A stretch of 64,000 nt of DNA from Chiloscyllium plagiosum (lineage: Eukaryota): positions 84,671,730 to 84,735,729 of the forward strand of contig NC_057718.1 of assembly GCF_004010195.1 (NCBI RefSeq), given 5' to 3'. A model generated the notes under the pieces. That model did not search any database. It saw only the letters and a list, made by a program, of their open reading frames with translations, and had not been told where the DNA came from. The first letter of the stretch is position 1. Each line of letters opens with the position of its first letter. Positions 51,846 through 63,569 of this stretch are shown piece by piece. A program made the position numbers and the translations under genes.

Positions 51846-53894
51846 AAACATTAAACTATTTCTCTCTCCACAGATGCTGCCAGACCTGCTGAGTTTTACC
51901 AACACTTTCTGACTTTACGAAATTAAGCTGCTTTTGCCCAAAGAGAAAGAGGATAGAGACAAAAAGGAACCTGGATGTTCCTGATTTTGAAATGGCTAAA
52001 TATTAAAACAATAAAGTTCAAGGCTGAGCTAAGAAGCCAGCATTTATAAAAACAGAAACTGCTGGTGAAAATCAGGTAGTCTGGCAGTGGCTGTGGAGAG
52101 AAAACAGATTTAACATTTTGATTCAGTGACCCTTCCTCAGAACTTAAGTCAACAGTTACAATGTTTTGTAGAAATGTTGCACAGTCAGCCGCAAGCAAAC
52201 TTAAGGATCCTCATTTAGAGTCTTACAGCACAGATGCAGGCCCAACTTGTCCATATTAACAATGTTTCCTAAACTGAACTAGTCCCATTTGCCTGCATTG
52301 GGCCCATATTTCTCTAAACCATTCCTATCCATGTACCTGTCTTAGTTTCTTTTAAATGTCGTAATTGCACCTCTCTCTGCCACTTCCTCTGGCAGCACGT
52401 TCCATATTTATCGCAGATTGCAGAATAGCTAGCAAACTAAGGAAAAGTCAAAGAGAATTCTAGGCAGCTTTGGCATTCTTGTTTTGGTTCCAGCCAAAGA
52501 GGTAAATGAACCCTCAAGATTGCAGAATTAGGCAGTAAAAAGGGAGACTGGATATGAACTCTTGATTACACATCTTGACAAACTATAGTATAATGGTAGT
52601 GTGCTTGCCTTGTCTTAATATGTACAACAAAGTCGGTTTTTTTAAAAACCTTATATCTTGCAGTGTAATTCTAGCAGTAAATCATTAGGTGTTTAAATTT
52701 CTCATTAAATGTTACTGCTCTCTATGAAGCTCTTAACATGTATCTTCTGGCAAGTTAAGGATGATTCTAAAGGAAAGAGACATGACAGGCAGCAAAACGC
52801 AAAGTGACGAAGTAGAGCCCTCAGCAGGAAGCCATATCCACCCAGAGTCTTCAGGAACTATTACCGTAAGTGTTCACATGCTACAAAACCAGTGTATGAA
52901 AAGTGAATCATGGAGATATGGCCTCATGTCAGGAAAAGCATCAGCAGAGTCAGACTTGCATTGCCTTTAGAAATTATGCTACTAGATATTCCAGACATTA
53001 TATATGCAGCATGTCATAATCCTCTGTGCATTTCTGCATATGTAGTGTTTATCAGAATAGCAGAATGATTTTATATCATTGTTGCCAGAGAAAACCAGAA
53101 ACATGGAGCTCCTGGATTCAACAGCAGTTTGTCATTTAGCCTACGGAGCCTGTTCTATCATTCAATAAGAAAAGTTTCACCTCATCTTTGCCTTAAATAC
53201 AAAACTCTTATTACAAAACTCTGCACCCTTGTAAATTCCCCAGTGAGGGCAAACCTCCTCTCAATATCTGCTGTGTCAGGGCCTCCCCTAATTTTTGGTT
53301 TCAATAAGATTATTTCTAATTCTTCTAAACTCCAATGCATATAGGCTCAACTTGCTCACAGTTTCTCCAAAGACAATCTTTCCATCCCACTTCAGTTTTG
53401 CCCACATTCTTTTAAATCCTATTCATCTACCTGTTCAAATGTCTTTTAAATGTTATAACTCTACCACTTCCTCTGGCAGTTCATTCCATATACAGGTAAG
53501 TACCACATTTTGAAAATGTTATCCCTCAGGTCCCTCTTACATCTTTCTCCTCTCATCTTAAAATTATGTCCTCTAGTTTTGCATTTCCCTACCCTACAGA
53601 AAACACCTTTGCTATTCACCTTATATATGCATCACCCCATAACTTCCTATGCTCCAGAGAAACAAGTCCCAGCCTCTCCAGTCTCTACTTATAACTCAGA
53701 TCCTCCAGTGGTGGTAACATCCTTAAAATCTTTTCTGCACCCTTTCCAACATAACATCCTTCCTACTGATCAGCATGGACGAATTGGACCAGAGGATCTG
53801 TTTCTGTGCTATATGACTATGATCATTTTAATTATAAAACTATGTGCCCCACATAGCAATAGGTAGTTACACTTCATCAGTACTGAATTACTTT

Positions 53895-54108
53895 ATGGTT
53901 GTTGGCTAGATGGCTACTTTGTGATGCAGTGATGCTCACAGCAGAGGTTCAATTCCTGTCCCAGCTGAGGTTATCATGAAGGTCCCACCTTTTCAACTGT
54001 GCCTCTCACCTGAGGGGTAGTCACACTCATGTTAAACTACCATAGTCATCTCTCTCCAATGAGAGAGCGCAGCCCTGCTGTCCTCTGGGACTATGATTAC
54101 TTTACTTA
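53895..54108 (+). mobile_element. tRNA-derived SINE
   Basis: B-box-like ggttcaattcc at ~53946 and a (actt)-type tail. Confidence 0.5.
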
Positions 54109-55639
54109 CAGTCAGCAACAGGTCATGCATCCTAATAATTTCTTGCAAATGTTCACAATCCAAATGAGCTTTCTCCCACACCTGTACCGTGATATCTAAC
54201 AGCAGAGCACAATCACAAGGCAAATTATTTGAATTATGTTAAAATGTGATATAAAATAAAGGTGTGTGGAATGTACTGCCAGGGGAGGTGGCAAAGGCAA
54301 ATTTATTAGCAAGGTTTCAGACATAACAGATAGCCATAACAACAGACAGGGAAGACGGGGATGACATATGCAGGAAAATGTGATTAATTTAGAATGCACG
54401 ATGGTCAGTACAGACATGATGGGCCGAAGGGCCTGGTCCTGTGCTGTAATGTCCTATGTTCTAAAATACTGATTCATATCGGAGTTGCTCAAACATGTCT
54501 CACTCCAGCTGTAGGAAGGGACATGCTGGCAGTGTGGAGAGGGGATCAACCGAATGAGCGATGAAAAGACTAACCTGCAAGTGGGTCCAGTTATCTGCGT
54601 GACACTTTGAACACAAATGACCAAGATACAGTACATCATTGTACATTAGATGGCAATTAAGTCGATCACAGCTACCCAAGACACAGTTTTTAGAATACGC
54701 ATATGATGATGTATGAATTCAGGGATTCCAACCATGGCAGTTATATCACTAGTTGGTCTTTTTTGTTGCCTAAGAACTTCATATCTGCATTATTTACTTA
54801 CATGCATGTTTTCTAGTGACAACTGCACAGTTTAATTTACATTTGTAATGATAAAAATGACACTTTATTGTAGTAGGAGGACTGTATGAAAATTAATCGT
54901 ATAGTATAATTCTTTATCAGACATAGGACTAATTCTTCAGCTTGCAGTTCTATGAAACCAAGGTGGAAGAATCAACATGGGCTAAAGAATTTAAGGAAAA
55001 GCTATTTTGAGGCAGGCAACAGGAGCAAACTAAGATCTGAGAAAAACCTTTTTTGTCTTGGATATTTTAAGGTATTTGTGTCAGATTTGAGTTTAAATCT
55101 TAAAATTAACATATGAATAAAATGCACTCTGTGGGCAAAGGGACAGATCACATTTTAAGTTGATCCTCAAACACCTTAAGTGACTTGGGTCCTACTGAAG
55201 CATCAACCTCAGTGTAAAGGTAAACCAGCTACTTGTGGAGCACCAATACGCCTGTCACTGTCTTTGTTGTTTAGTCTTTTATAAGCATAGCGTTTTCAAG
55301 TCTATTTTGCAGCCAGAGTACTTTTTAAAATGTCATCCAAAGGTCCACACAACACCTAGCAAGGTTCCACACAATGAGATAACGATTAAACCAATTTTTA
55401 AATGCTATTGGTTGATATAGTTATGGGTCACAATGTAGGTGATAGTCCCATAGGGTTTTTATATTCCCATGGGTTTACAAATGATGATACCTTTAACAAT
55501 GCTGCACCCAGTCCACACTGCTCCAGACTGTCAGCCTGGATTTTGTGATCGTCATTACGGGAATGGGGCTGGAGCCACTGGCTCCGAAGCGAGAGCACTG
55601 TCCACTCAATACACGCAGACAAGGAGATGGAGATGGGTT

Positions 55640-56125
55640 TGCGGCCCGGGCCTATAACATAAGCGCTCTGGCCCCAGAGGTGTGAACAGGCTGCACACCA
55701 ACAAGGCCGCAGTCTGAGGCCCTGTACTCCGAGCCTGCCGGGACCCTGGTTTCAATCACCTCAGCATCATGGCATCGTTGGCCGCTCCATCGAGAAGCCA
55801 TCGTGAGGCTGCCTGACAGTCTAGGCCGCACTCACCGTACGCGTAGATCCCCCGCAGTAAGTCCTCCCGCAAACCCATGGTGTCGAACGTGGGAGTGACA
55901 TCGACCTCCTCACTTGTCTCGAACTCCACCTTGGAGATGTCTTCCTCCTTCAGGATGCGCTTCCTCCCCGAACTCGCCATGATCAGGTTGTCGGCCTCAC
56001 AAACACCGTCCGACGACACGCATGCGCGAACACCACCACCACACCACGCGTGACCTCGCTACCATACGTCATCACGTAATCGTCAGCGTTGAGTCGTCAT
56101 TGGGCACGTGTCATTGATTTGATTG
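55640..56125 (-). promoter_or_regulatory. EIF4A3: CpG-rich promoter/first exon of EIF4A3
   Basis: Most CpG-dense tract in the window; NRF1-like cgcgcatgcg (56019-56028), CRE-like tgacgta (56065-56071), CCAAT (56099-56103), E-box cacgtg (56105-56110). Confidence 0.8.
55836..55980 (-). CDS. EIF4A3: eIF4A-III exon 1 coding part ([48 protein letters not shown])
   Basis: atcATGG start context, GTGAG donor; the 12 exons total 1212 nt, i.e. 403 aa plus stop, with no frame breaks. Confidence 0.96.
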
Positions 56126-57099
56126 ACAGCTATACCTGAGGGGTTTAATTCAGATATTCCTGTACAGTATGTTAAATGTAAATCCCCATGATATCCAACT
56201 CTAATTATCCATTTTTGACACCTTCTATACTGTCATTGTGCTGACAGACTTTATGTGGGAAAATGTAGCATTGGATTAATCTTGGATTACTCAAACTGAG
56301 CATTGGGAAACCCAAAGTTATCTGTATCCCTTCCATAGATACCTCCTCTATGCAATTGATTCTAACCTTCATGCCACCATTGGTTCAGGTTGAACTAAAG
56401 TGTTCACAGCTTCCATGTTATGACTGCCGCTAGCTGAACATCAGACTTTAAATCGTCTCCATTGCTTATGGAAAGTTGCCATTTCCCCTCCCCACTACCA
56501 AGCCAATTTAGTCATAGTCATAGAGAGGCTCACCCGTCTATAGTTCCCTGGCTTGTCTTTACCGCCCTTCTTAAATAGTGGCACCACGTTTTGCCAACCT
56601 CCAGTCTTCCAGCACCTCACCTGTGACTATCAATGATTCAAATATCTCAGCAAGAGGCCCAGCAATCACTTCTCTAGCTTCCCACAGAGTTCTTGGGTAC
56701 ACCTGGTCAGGTCCTGGGGATTTATCCACTCTTAACCATTTCAAGACATCCAGCACTTCCTCCTCTGTAATCATAGTCTTAGAAATGTACAGCATGGGAA
56801 CAAGACCCTTCGGTCCAAATTCCACACTGACCAGATATCCCAACCCCATTTAGTCCCATCAGCCAGCACTCTGCCCATATCCCTCCAAACCTTTCCTATT
56901 CATATACCCATCCAGATGCCTTTAAATGTTGCAATTGTATTTGCCTCCACCATTTATTCTATACACGTTTCACCCTCTGCGTGAAAAAGTTGCCCCTTAG
57001 GTCTCTTTTATATCTTTTCCCTCTCACCCTAAACCTATGCCCTCTAGTTCTGGACTCCCCCACCCCAGGGAAAAGACCTTGTCTATTTATCCTATCCAT

Positions 57100-57904
57100 T
57101 AGTTAAAAATCACACAACACCAGGTTATAGTCCAACAGGTTTAATTGGAAGCACACTAGCTTTCAAAGCGACGCTCCATCAGGTGATAGTGGAGGGCTCG
57201 ATCGTAACACAGAATTTATAGAAAAATTTGCAGAGTGATGTAACTGAAATTATACATTGAAGAATTGATTGTCTGTTAAGCCTTTCATCTGTTAGAATAC
57301 AGTGATAGTTTCACTTCTTTCATGTGTAAATCACAAAATCCTTTTTTTAAAAAGTTGCATTCTCGGGTTAGCTGTTAACAATGGTGATAGCTAGACAATA
57401 TGTTGAAGGTGTTAGCCCCCTGTGTTCTCTGTCTATGACCTGATGTTTAGATTGATTCCAATCTAAAAAGTGAGATAACAGAGTTTTACATAAATTCATG
57501 CAGTTTTTGAGCTCAGAGTTCTATATGAATGTATGTGGTAACTCTGAGCTCAAAAACTGCATGAATTCATGTAAAACTCTGCCATCTCACTTCCCAGACT
57601 GGAATCAATCCAAACATCAGGCCACAGACAGAGAACACAGGGGGCCAACACCCTCAACACACCGTCCAGCCATCACCATCGTCAACAGCCAACCCGAGAA
57701 TGCAACCCCCAACAAAAGGATTTTGTGAAAGAAGCGAAACCACCACTGCACTTCAACAGATGAAAGGCTCAACAGACAATCAACACCTCAATGTATAACT
57801 TCAGTTACATCACACTGCAAATTCCCGCCACAAACCCTGTGCTATGATCGAGCCCTCCACCACCACCTGATGAAGGAGCGTCCAATACCGGCATCTCCGA
57901 ATCA
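57100..57904. mobile_element. Fold-back Penelope-type insertion with ~350-bp inverted arms, right arm T>C hypermutated
   Basis: 57170-57520 pairs with 57540-57882; hammerhead-like ctgatgaaggagcgtc at 57867-57882; flanking duplication tatcctatccat (57088-57099) / tatcctatccgt (57905-57916). Confidence 0.85.
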
Positions 57905-59315
57905 TATCCTATCCGTGCCACTCATTATTTTATAAACCTCTCTAAGGTCACCCCTCCACCTCCCCCCCCAGCTTCCGACACTCCAAGGAAAACAGCCCCA
58001 GCCTATTCAACCTCTCCCTATAGCTCAAATGCTCCAACACTGGCAACATCTTTGTAAATCTTTTCTGAACCCTTTCAAGTTTCACAGCATCTTTCTGATA
58101 GGATGGAGACCAGAATTGCATGCAATATTCTAAAAATGGCCTAACCAATGTCCTGTACAGCTGCAACATGACCTCCCAGCTCCTGTACTCAATACTCTGA
58201 CCAATAAAGGAAAGCATATCAAACGCTGCCTTCACTATCCTACCTACCTGCAACTCCATTTTCAAGGAGCTATGAACCTGCACTCCAAGGTCTCTTTGTT
58301 CAGCAACACTCCTTAGGACCTTATCCTTAAGTGTATAAGTCCTGCTAAGATTTGCTTTCCCAAAACGCAGCACCTCCCATTTATCCAAATTAAACTCCAC
58401 ATGCCACTTCTCAGCCCATTGGTCCATCTGATCAAGATCCTGTTGTAATCCGAGGTAATCTTCTTCGCTACACCTTCACTTTTGGTGTCATCTGCAAACT
58501 GACTAAGTATACCTCTATACATCCAAATCATTTATATAAATGACGAAAAATAGTGGACCCAGCACCGATCCTTGTGGTCTCCAATCTGAAAAACAACCCT
58601 CCACCACCATCCTCTTATCTTCTATCTTTGAGCCAGTTCTGTATCCAAATGGCTAGTTCTTCCTGTATTCCATGAGATCTAACCTTGCTAACCAGTCTTC
58701 CATGGGGAACCTTGGCGAATGCCTTACCGAAGTCCATATAGATCACGTCTACTGCTCTGCTCTCATCAATCCTCTTTGTTACTTCTTCAAAAAGCTCTAT
58801 CAAGTTTGTGAGACATGATTTACCACGCACAAAGCCATGTTGACTATCACTAATCAGTCCTTGTGTTTCCAAATACATGTACATCCTGTCCCTCAGGTTT
58901 CCCTCCAATAACTTGCCCACCACCGATGTCAGGCTCAGTGGTCCATAGTTCCCTGGCTTGTCCTTACCTCCCTTCTTAAACAGTGGCACCACGTTAGCCA
59001 ACCTCCAGTCTTCCGGCACCTCACTGTGAATATCGATGATACAAATATCTCAGCAAGAGGCCCAGCAATCACTTCTTTAGAGTTCCCACAGAGTTCTAGG
59101 GTACACCTGATCAGGTCCTGGGGATTTATCCACTTTTATCCGCTTCAAGACAACCAACACTTCCTCCTCTGTAATATGGACATTTTTTCAAGATGTCACC
59201 ATCCATTTCCCTACATTCTATATCTTCCAAGTAAATACTGATGCAAAATACTCGTTTAGTATGTCTCCCATCTCATGCAGGTCCACACAAAGGCTGCCTT
59301 GTTGATCTTTGAGGG

Positions 59316-59488
59316 CTGAAAATGTGTTGCTGGAAAAGCGCAACAGGTCAGGCAGCAGGTCAGGAAGAAGGGCTCATGCGCGAAACATCGATTCTCCTGC
59401 TCCTTGGATACTGCCTGACCTGCTGCGCTTTTCCAGCAACACATTTTCAGCCCTGATCTCCAGCATCTGCAGTCCTCACTTTTTCCTA
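59316..59488. mobile_element. Fold-back Penelope-derived mini-element
   Basis: Inverted arms 59312-59355 and 59411-59454; perfect 15-bp duplication gttgatctttgaggg (59301-59315 and 59489-59503). Confidence 0.85.
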
Positions 59489-59810
59489 GTTGATCTTTGA
59501 GGGGCCCTATTCTCTCCCCAGTTAGCCTTTTGTCTTTAATGTATTTGTAAAAACCCTTTGGATTCCCTTAACTCTATTTGCGAAAGATATCTCATGTCCC
59601 CTTTTTGCCCTCCTGATTTCCCTGACATATGCTTCCTTCTTTTTCTTAACCAAACCCTCAATTTCTTGAGTCATCCAGCATTCCTAATGCTACCAGTCTT
59701 TCCTTTCACCCCCAACAGGAATATACTGTCTCTAGATCTTGTCATCTCATTTCTGATGGCTTCCCATTTTCCAGCCATCCCTTTACCTGTGAACATCTGC
59801 CTCCAATCAG

Positions 59811-60385
59811 CTACTTGCGGAACGTTTCAGAGAACATCTCTGGGACACCCGGACCAACTAATCCAACCACCCTGTGGCTCAACACTTTAACTCCCCCTCC
59901 CACTCCACCAAGGACATGCAGGTCCTTGGACTCCTCCATCGCCAGACCATAGCAACACGATGGCTGGAGGAAGAGCACCTCATCTTCCGCCTAGGAACCC
60001 TCCAACCACAAGGGATGAACTCAGATTTCTCCAGTTTCCTCATTTCCCCTCCCCCCACCTTGCCTCAGTCAAATCCCTCGAACTCAGCACTGCCTTCCTA
60101 ACCTGCAATCTTCTTCCTGACCTCTCCGCCCCCACCCCCACTCCGGCTTATCACCCTCACCTTGACCTCCTTCCACCTATCACATTTCCAACGCCCCTCC
60201 CCCAAGTCCCTCCTCCCTACCTTTTATCTTAGCCTGCTGGACACACTTTCCTCATTCCTGAAGAAGGGCTCATGCCCGAAACGTCGATTCTCCTGTTCCT
60301 TGGATGCTGCCTGACCTGCTGCGCTTTTCCAGCAACACATTTTCAGCTCTGATCTCCAGCATCTGCTGTCCTCACTTTCTCCTCT
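59811..60385 (+). mobile_element. Penelope-like element 3' fragment: GIY-YIG C-terminus and terminal region
   Basis: LAERFREHLWDTRTN*SNHPVAQHFNSPSHS...EEEHLIFRLGTLQPQGMN, typical of the end of PLE GIY-YIG domains. Confidence 0.85.
60258..60290 (+). ncRNA. Putative minimal type I hammerhead ribozyme motif
   Basis: CUGAAGA-A-GGGC-ucau-GCCC-GAAA-C-GUC; intact core and stem II, palindromic ACGU helix III, weak stem I. Confidence 0.6.
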
Positions 60386-62284
60386 TTTGAAAGTTCTTGC
60401 CTAATACAGTCAAAATTGGCCTTTCTCCAATTTAGAACTTTTAGATCTGGTCTAACTTTTTCCATTACCTATTTTAAAACTAATAGAATGATGGTCACTG
60501 GCCCCAAGGTGCTCCCCCACTGACACCTCTGTCACCTGCCCTGCCTTATTTCCCAAGAGTGGGTCAATTTTTTGCACCTTCTGTTATAGGTACATCCACA
60601 TACTGAATCAGAAAATTTTCTTGTACACACTTAACAAGTTCCTCTCCATCTAAACCCTAAACACTATGGCAGTCCCCATCTATGTTTTGAAAGTTAAAAT
60701 CTCTTATAATAACCATCCTATTATTGTTACAGATAACTGAGATCTCCTTACAAATTTGTTTCTCAATTTCCCTCTGACTATTAGAGGGTCCATAATACAA
60801 TCCCAATAAGATGATCATCCCTTTCTTATTCCTCAGTTCCACCCAATAACTTTCCTGGATGTATTTCTGGGAATATTCTCCCTCAGTACAGTTGTAATGC
60901 TATCCCTTATCAAAAATGCTACTCCCCCTCCTCCCTTGCCTCCCTTTCTGTCCTTCCTGTAGCACTTGTCAGTCCTGTCCATCACTGAGCCATATTTCTG
61001 TAATTGCAATGATATCCCAGTCCCATGTTCCTAACCATGCCCGGAGTTAATCTGTCTTCCCTGTTAGGCCCCTTGCATTGAAATAAATGCAGTTTAATTT
61101 ACCAGTCCTACCTTGCTCTCTGCTTTATTCCTGCCTGCCCTGACTGTTTGACTGGCCTTTGTTCTCAACTGTACCAGACTCAGATTGATCTCTTTTCTCA
61201 GTATCTTCCTGGGTCCCACCTCTCCCCCACCGCCACCCCCCTCCCCCTTACTAGCTTAAATCCTCCCGAGCAGTCTAGCAAATCTCCCTGCCAGTATATT
61301 AGGCTCCTTCCAATTTAGGAACAATTCATCCTTCTTGTACAGGTCACTTCTACCCCAAAAGAGCTTCCAATGACCCAAAATTGTGAATGCTTCTCCCATA
61401 CACCAGCTCCTCGTCCATGCATTTATTTGCTCTATCCTCCTATTCCTGCCCTCACTAGCGCATAGCACCAGGTGTAATCCAGATATTACTACTCTCGGTG
61501 ATATCCTTTTTAAATTCCTGTCTAACTCTCTGTACTCTCCCTACAGAATCTCAACTTTTCCCTTCCTATGTCGTGGGTTCCAATGTGTACAACGACCTCC
61601 TGCTGCCCCGTTTCCCTTGAGAACATTCTGCACCTTTCTGAGACATCCTTGACCCTGGCACCAGGGAAGCAACACACCATTTTGATTTGCTGCTGAAACC
61701 CTTTCAAATCTAGATTTGATATTCCAGAATGATCTCACATTGCCCATCCTCTGAAATTTAAACTGTTTACAGTTTTCCAAACATGCAAAGTCTTGTTTGT
61801 TCCAAACCCTTAATCCTGTTTTGATCTCATTGCCCTCCTGTATCAAGGTTTGAAATTTTAAAATTATAATCTTCTTTATTGAAATATTCCATGGCATCAC
61901 CCTTCCCATCAATTGAAAACCCTGTATCCCATAAATCCATGCTCAAAAGTTGATCCTCTGACTCCAACCTCTGAATCTCTCCCCCACCCCTCTCCTCACC
62001 AACAGCTGCAATGTTTTCAGCAGCCAGGATTCTCTTCACTGAAAGTCCCTTCCCAATTATCTCCACCTGTCCATTTCTATTAAGAAATTGGTTACCCCTT
62101 CCTAATGTCACAAGGAAGTTTTATGTTATAATGTATTAAGATTGATATTTTGATTTGTAAGCGTGTTCAATTTTGGAATAGGTAGAGACAGTTGCAGTTT
62201 TGGTTTTATGTAGGTTTCAACTCACCCAGAGTTGAGGGAGCAAAATAAATAGATGTCAGCCAGACCTGCACCTTAGGCAAAGAC

Positions 62285-63215
62285 AATTGGATGTGAATAT
62301 AGGAGGTATGGTTGGTAAATGTGCAGATTACACCAAAATTGGTGTAGTGGACAGCATAGAAAGTGACTTCAGAGTACAACAGGACCTTGATCAGGTGGGT
62401 TGAGGAGTGGCAGATGGAGTTTGATCTAGATAAATGTGAGGTGCTACATTTGGTAGGGCAAATCAGGGCAGGTCTTATACACTTAATGGTAAGGTCCTGG
62501 GGAGTGTTGCCGAACAAAGGGCCCTTGGAGTGCAGGTTCATAGTTTCTTGAAAGTAGAGTTGCAGGTAGATAGGATAGTGAAGGTGGTGTTTGGTATGCT
62601 TTCCTTATTGGTCAGAGTATTGAGTACAGGAGTTGGGAGGTCATGTTGTGGCTGTACAGGACATTGGTTAGGCCACGTTTGGAATACTGCGTGCAATTCT
62701 GGTCTCCTTGCTACAGGAAGGATGTTGTTAAACTTGAAAGAGTTCAGAAAAGATTTACAAGGATGTTGCCAGGGTTAGAGGATTTAAACTATAGGGAGAG
62801 GCTGAGGGGTGAACTTATAGAGATTTATAAAATCATGAGGGGCATGGATAGGATGAATAATCTATTCTCTGGGGTAAATTTGCAGATTACACCAAAATTG
62901 GCGTAGTGAACAGCGTAGAAAGTGGGGTCCAAAACTAGAGAGCTTAGATTAAGGTGAGGGGGAAAGATTTAAAAGGGACCTAAGGGGCAACTGTTTCATG
63001 CAGAGGGTGGTGCATGTTTAGAATGAATTGACAGAGGAAGTGGTGGAGGCTAGTACAATTACAACATTTAAAAAGCATCTGGATGGGTATATGAATAAGA
63101 AGGGTTCAGAGGGAGAGGCCAAATGTTAGCAAATGAGACAAGACTAATTTAGGATATCTGGTCGGTATGGACGAGTTGGACCAAAGGGTCTGTTTCTATG
63201 CTGTATATCTCTATG
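62285..63215 (+). mobile_element. CR1 LINE 3' ~0.9 kb
   Basis: WQMEFDLDKCEVLH, LYRTLVRPRLEYCVQFWSP...LERVQKRFTRMLPGL and tail. Confidence 0.9.
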
Positions 63216-63569
63216 CTTCGATGATAATTGTAACCTTATTGTGAGAATACTGTGGGAGCTCATGCTCAGTTGAAGAAAGAGTTGTGAGGGGGAAAAGAGG
63301 CTAGAAGATCTGCCTACCTTGGAGTTGGAAGATGACATCGACAGGAAACTAATTGGGCAAAAACAGTTCAGCTTGGGAACAAGCAAAGTGAAGCAGCTTG
63401 TCAAGTACTGTAAAGCAATTGTTGGACTAAAAGGTTTACAGAAAGTGAGGAGACAGGGTGTAAGCAACCTGTATTAAAGCAAATCCTGGGTGTACTGGAA
63501 ATCTGAAATGAAAACAGAGTGCTGGAGAAACTCAGTGAGTTAACCTGAAGAATTTAACTGTCTCCCTTT

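Larger units (their letters stand above)
56510..61700 (-). mobile_element. Nested CR1 LINE cluster including a near-complete copy (ORF1 esterase to 3' tail)
   Basis: VCCFPGARVKDV...VHIGTHD (61522-61707), endonuclease remnant (60657-60842), RT (58615-59019), C-terminus (57948-58427), tail from 56772. Confidence 0.9.

Noticed and set aside
29641..55835. Intronic snoRNAs, as hosted by EIF4A1 and EIF4A2
   Set aside because: No convincing C/D or H/ACA structure recognised by eye; an Infernal/Rfam scan would be needed to exclude them.
55981..56019. N-terminal extension of EIF4A3 in the ORF track
   Set aside because: Begins at a non-ATG codon; the ATG at 55980 has good context and matches the homologous start region.
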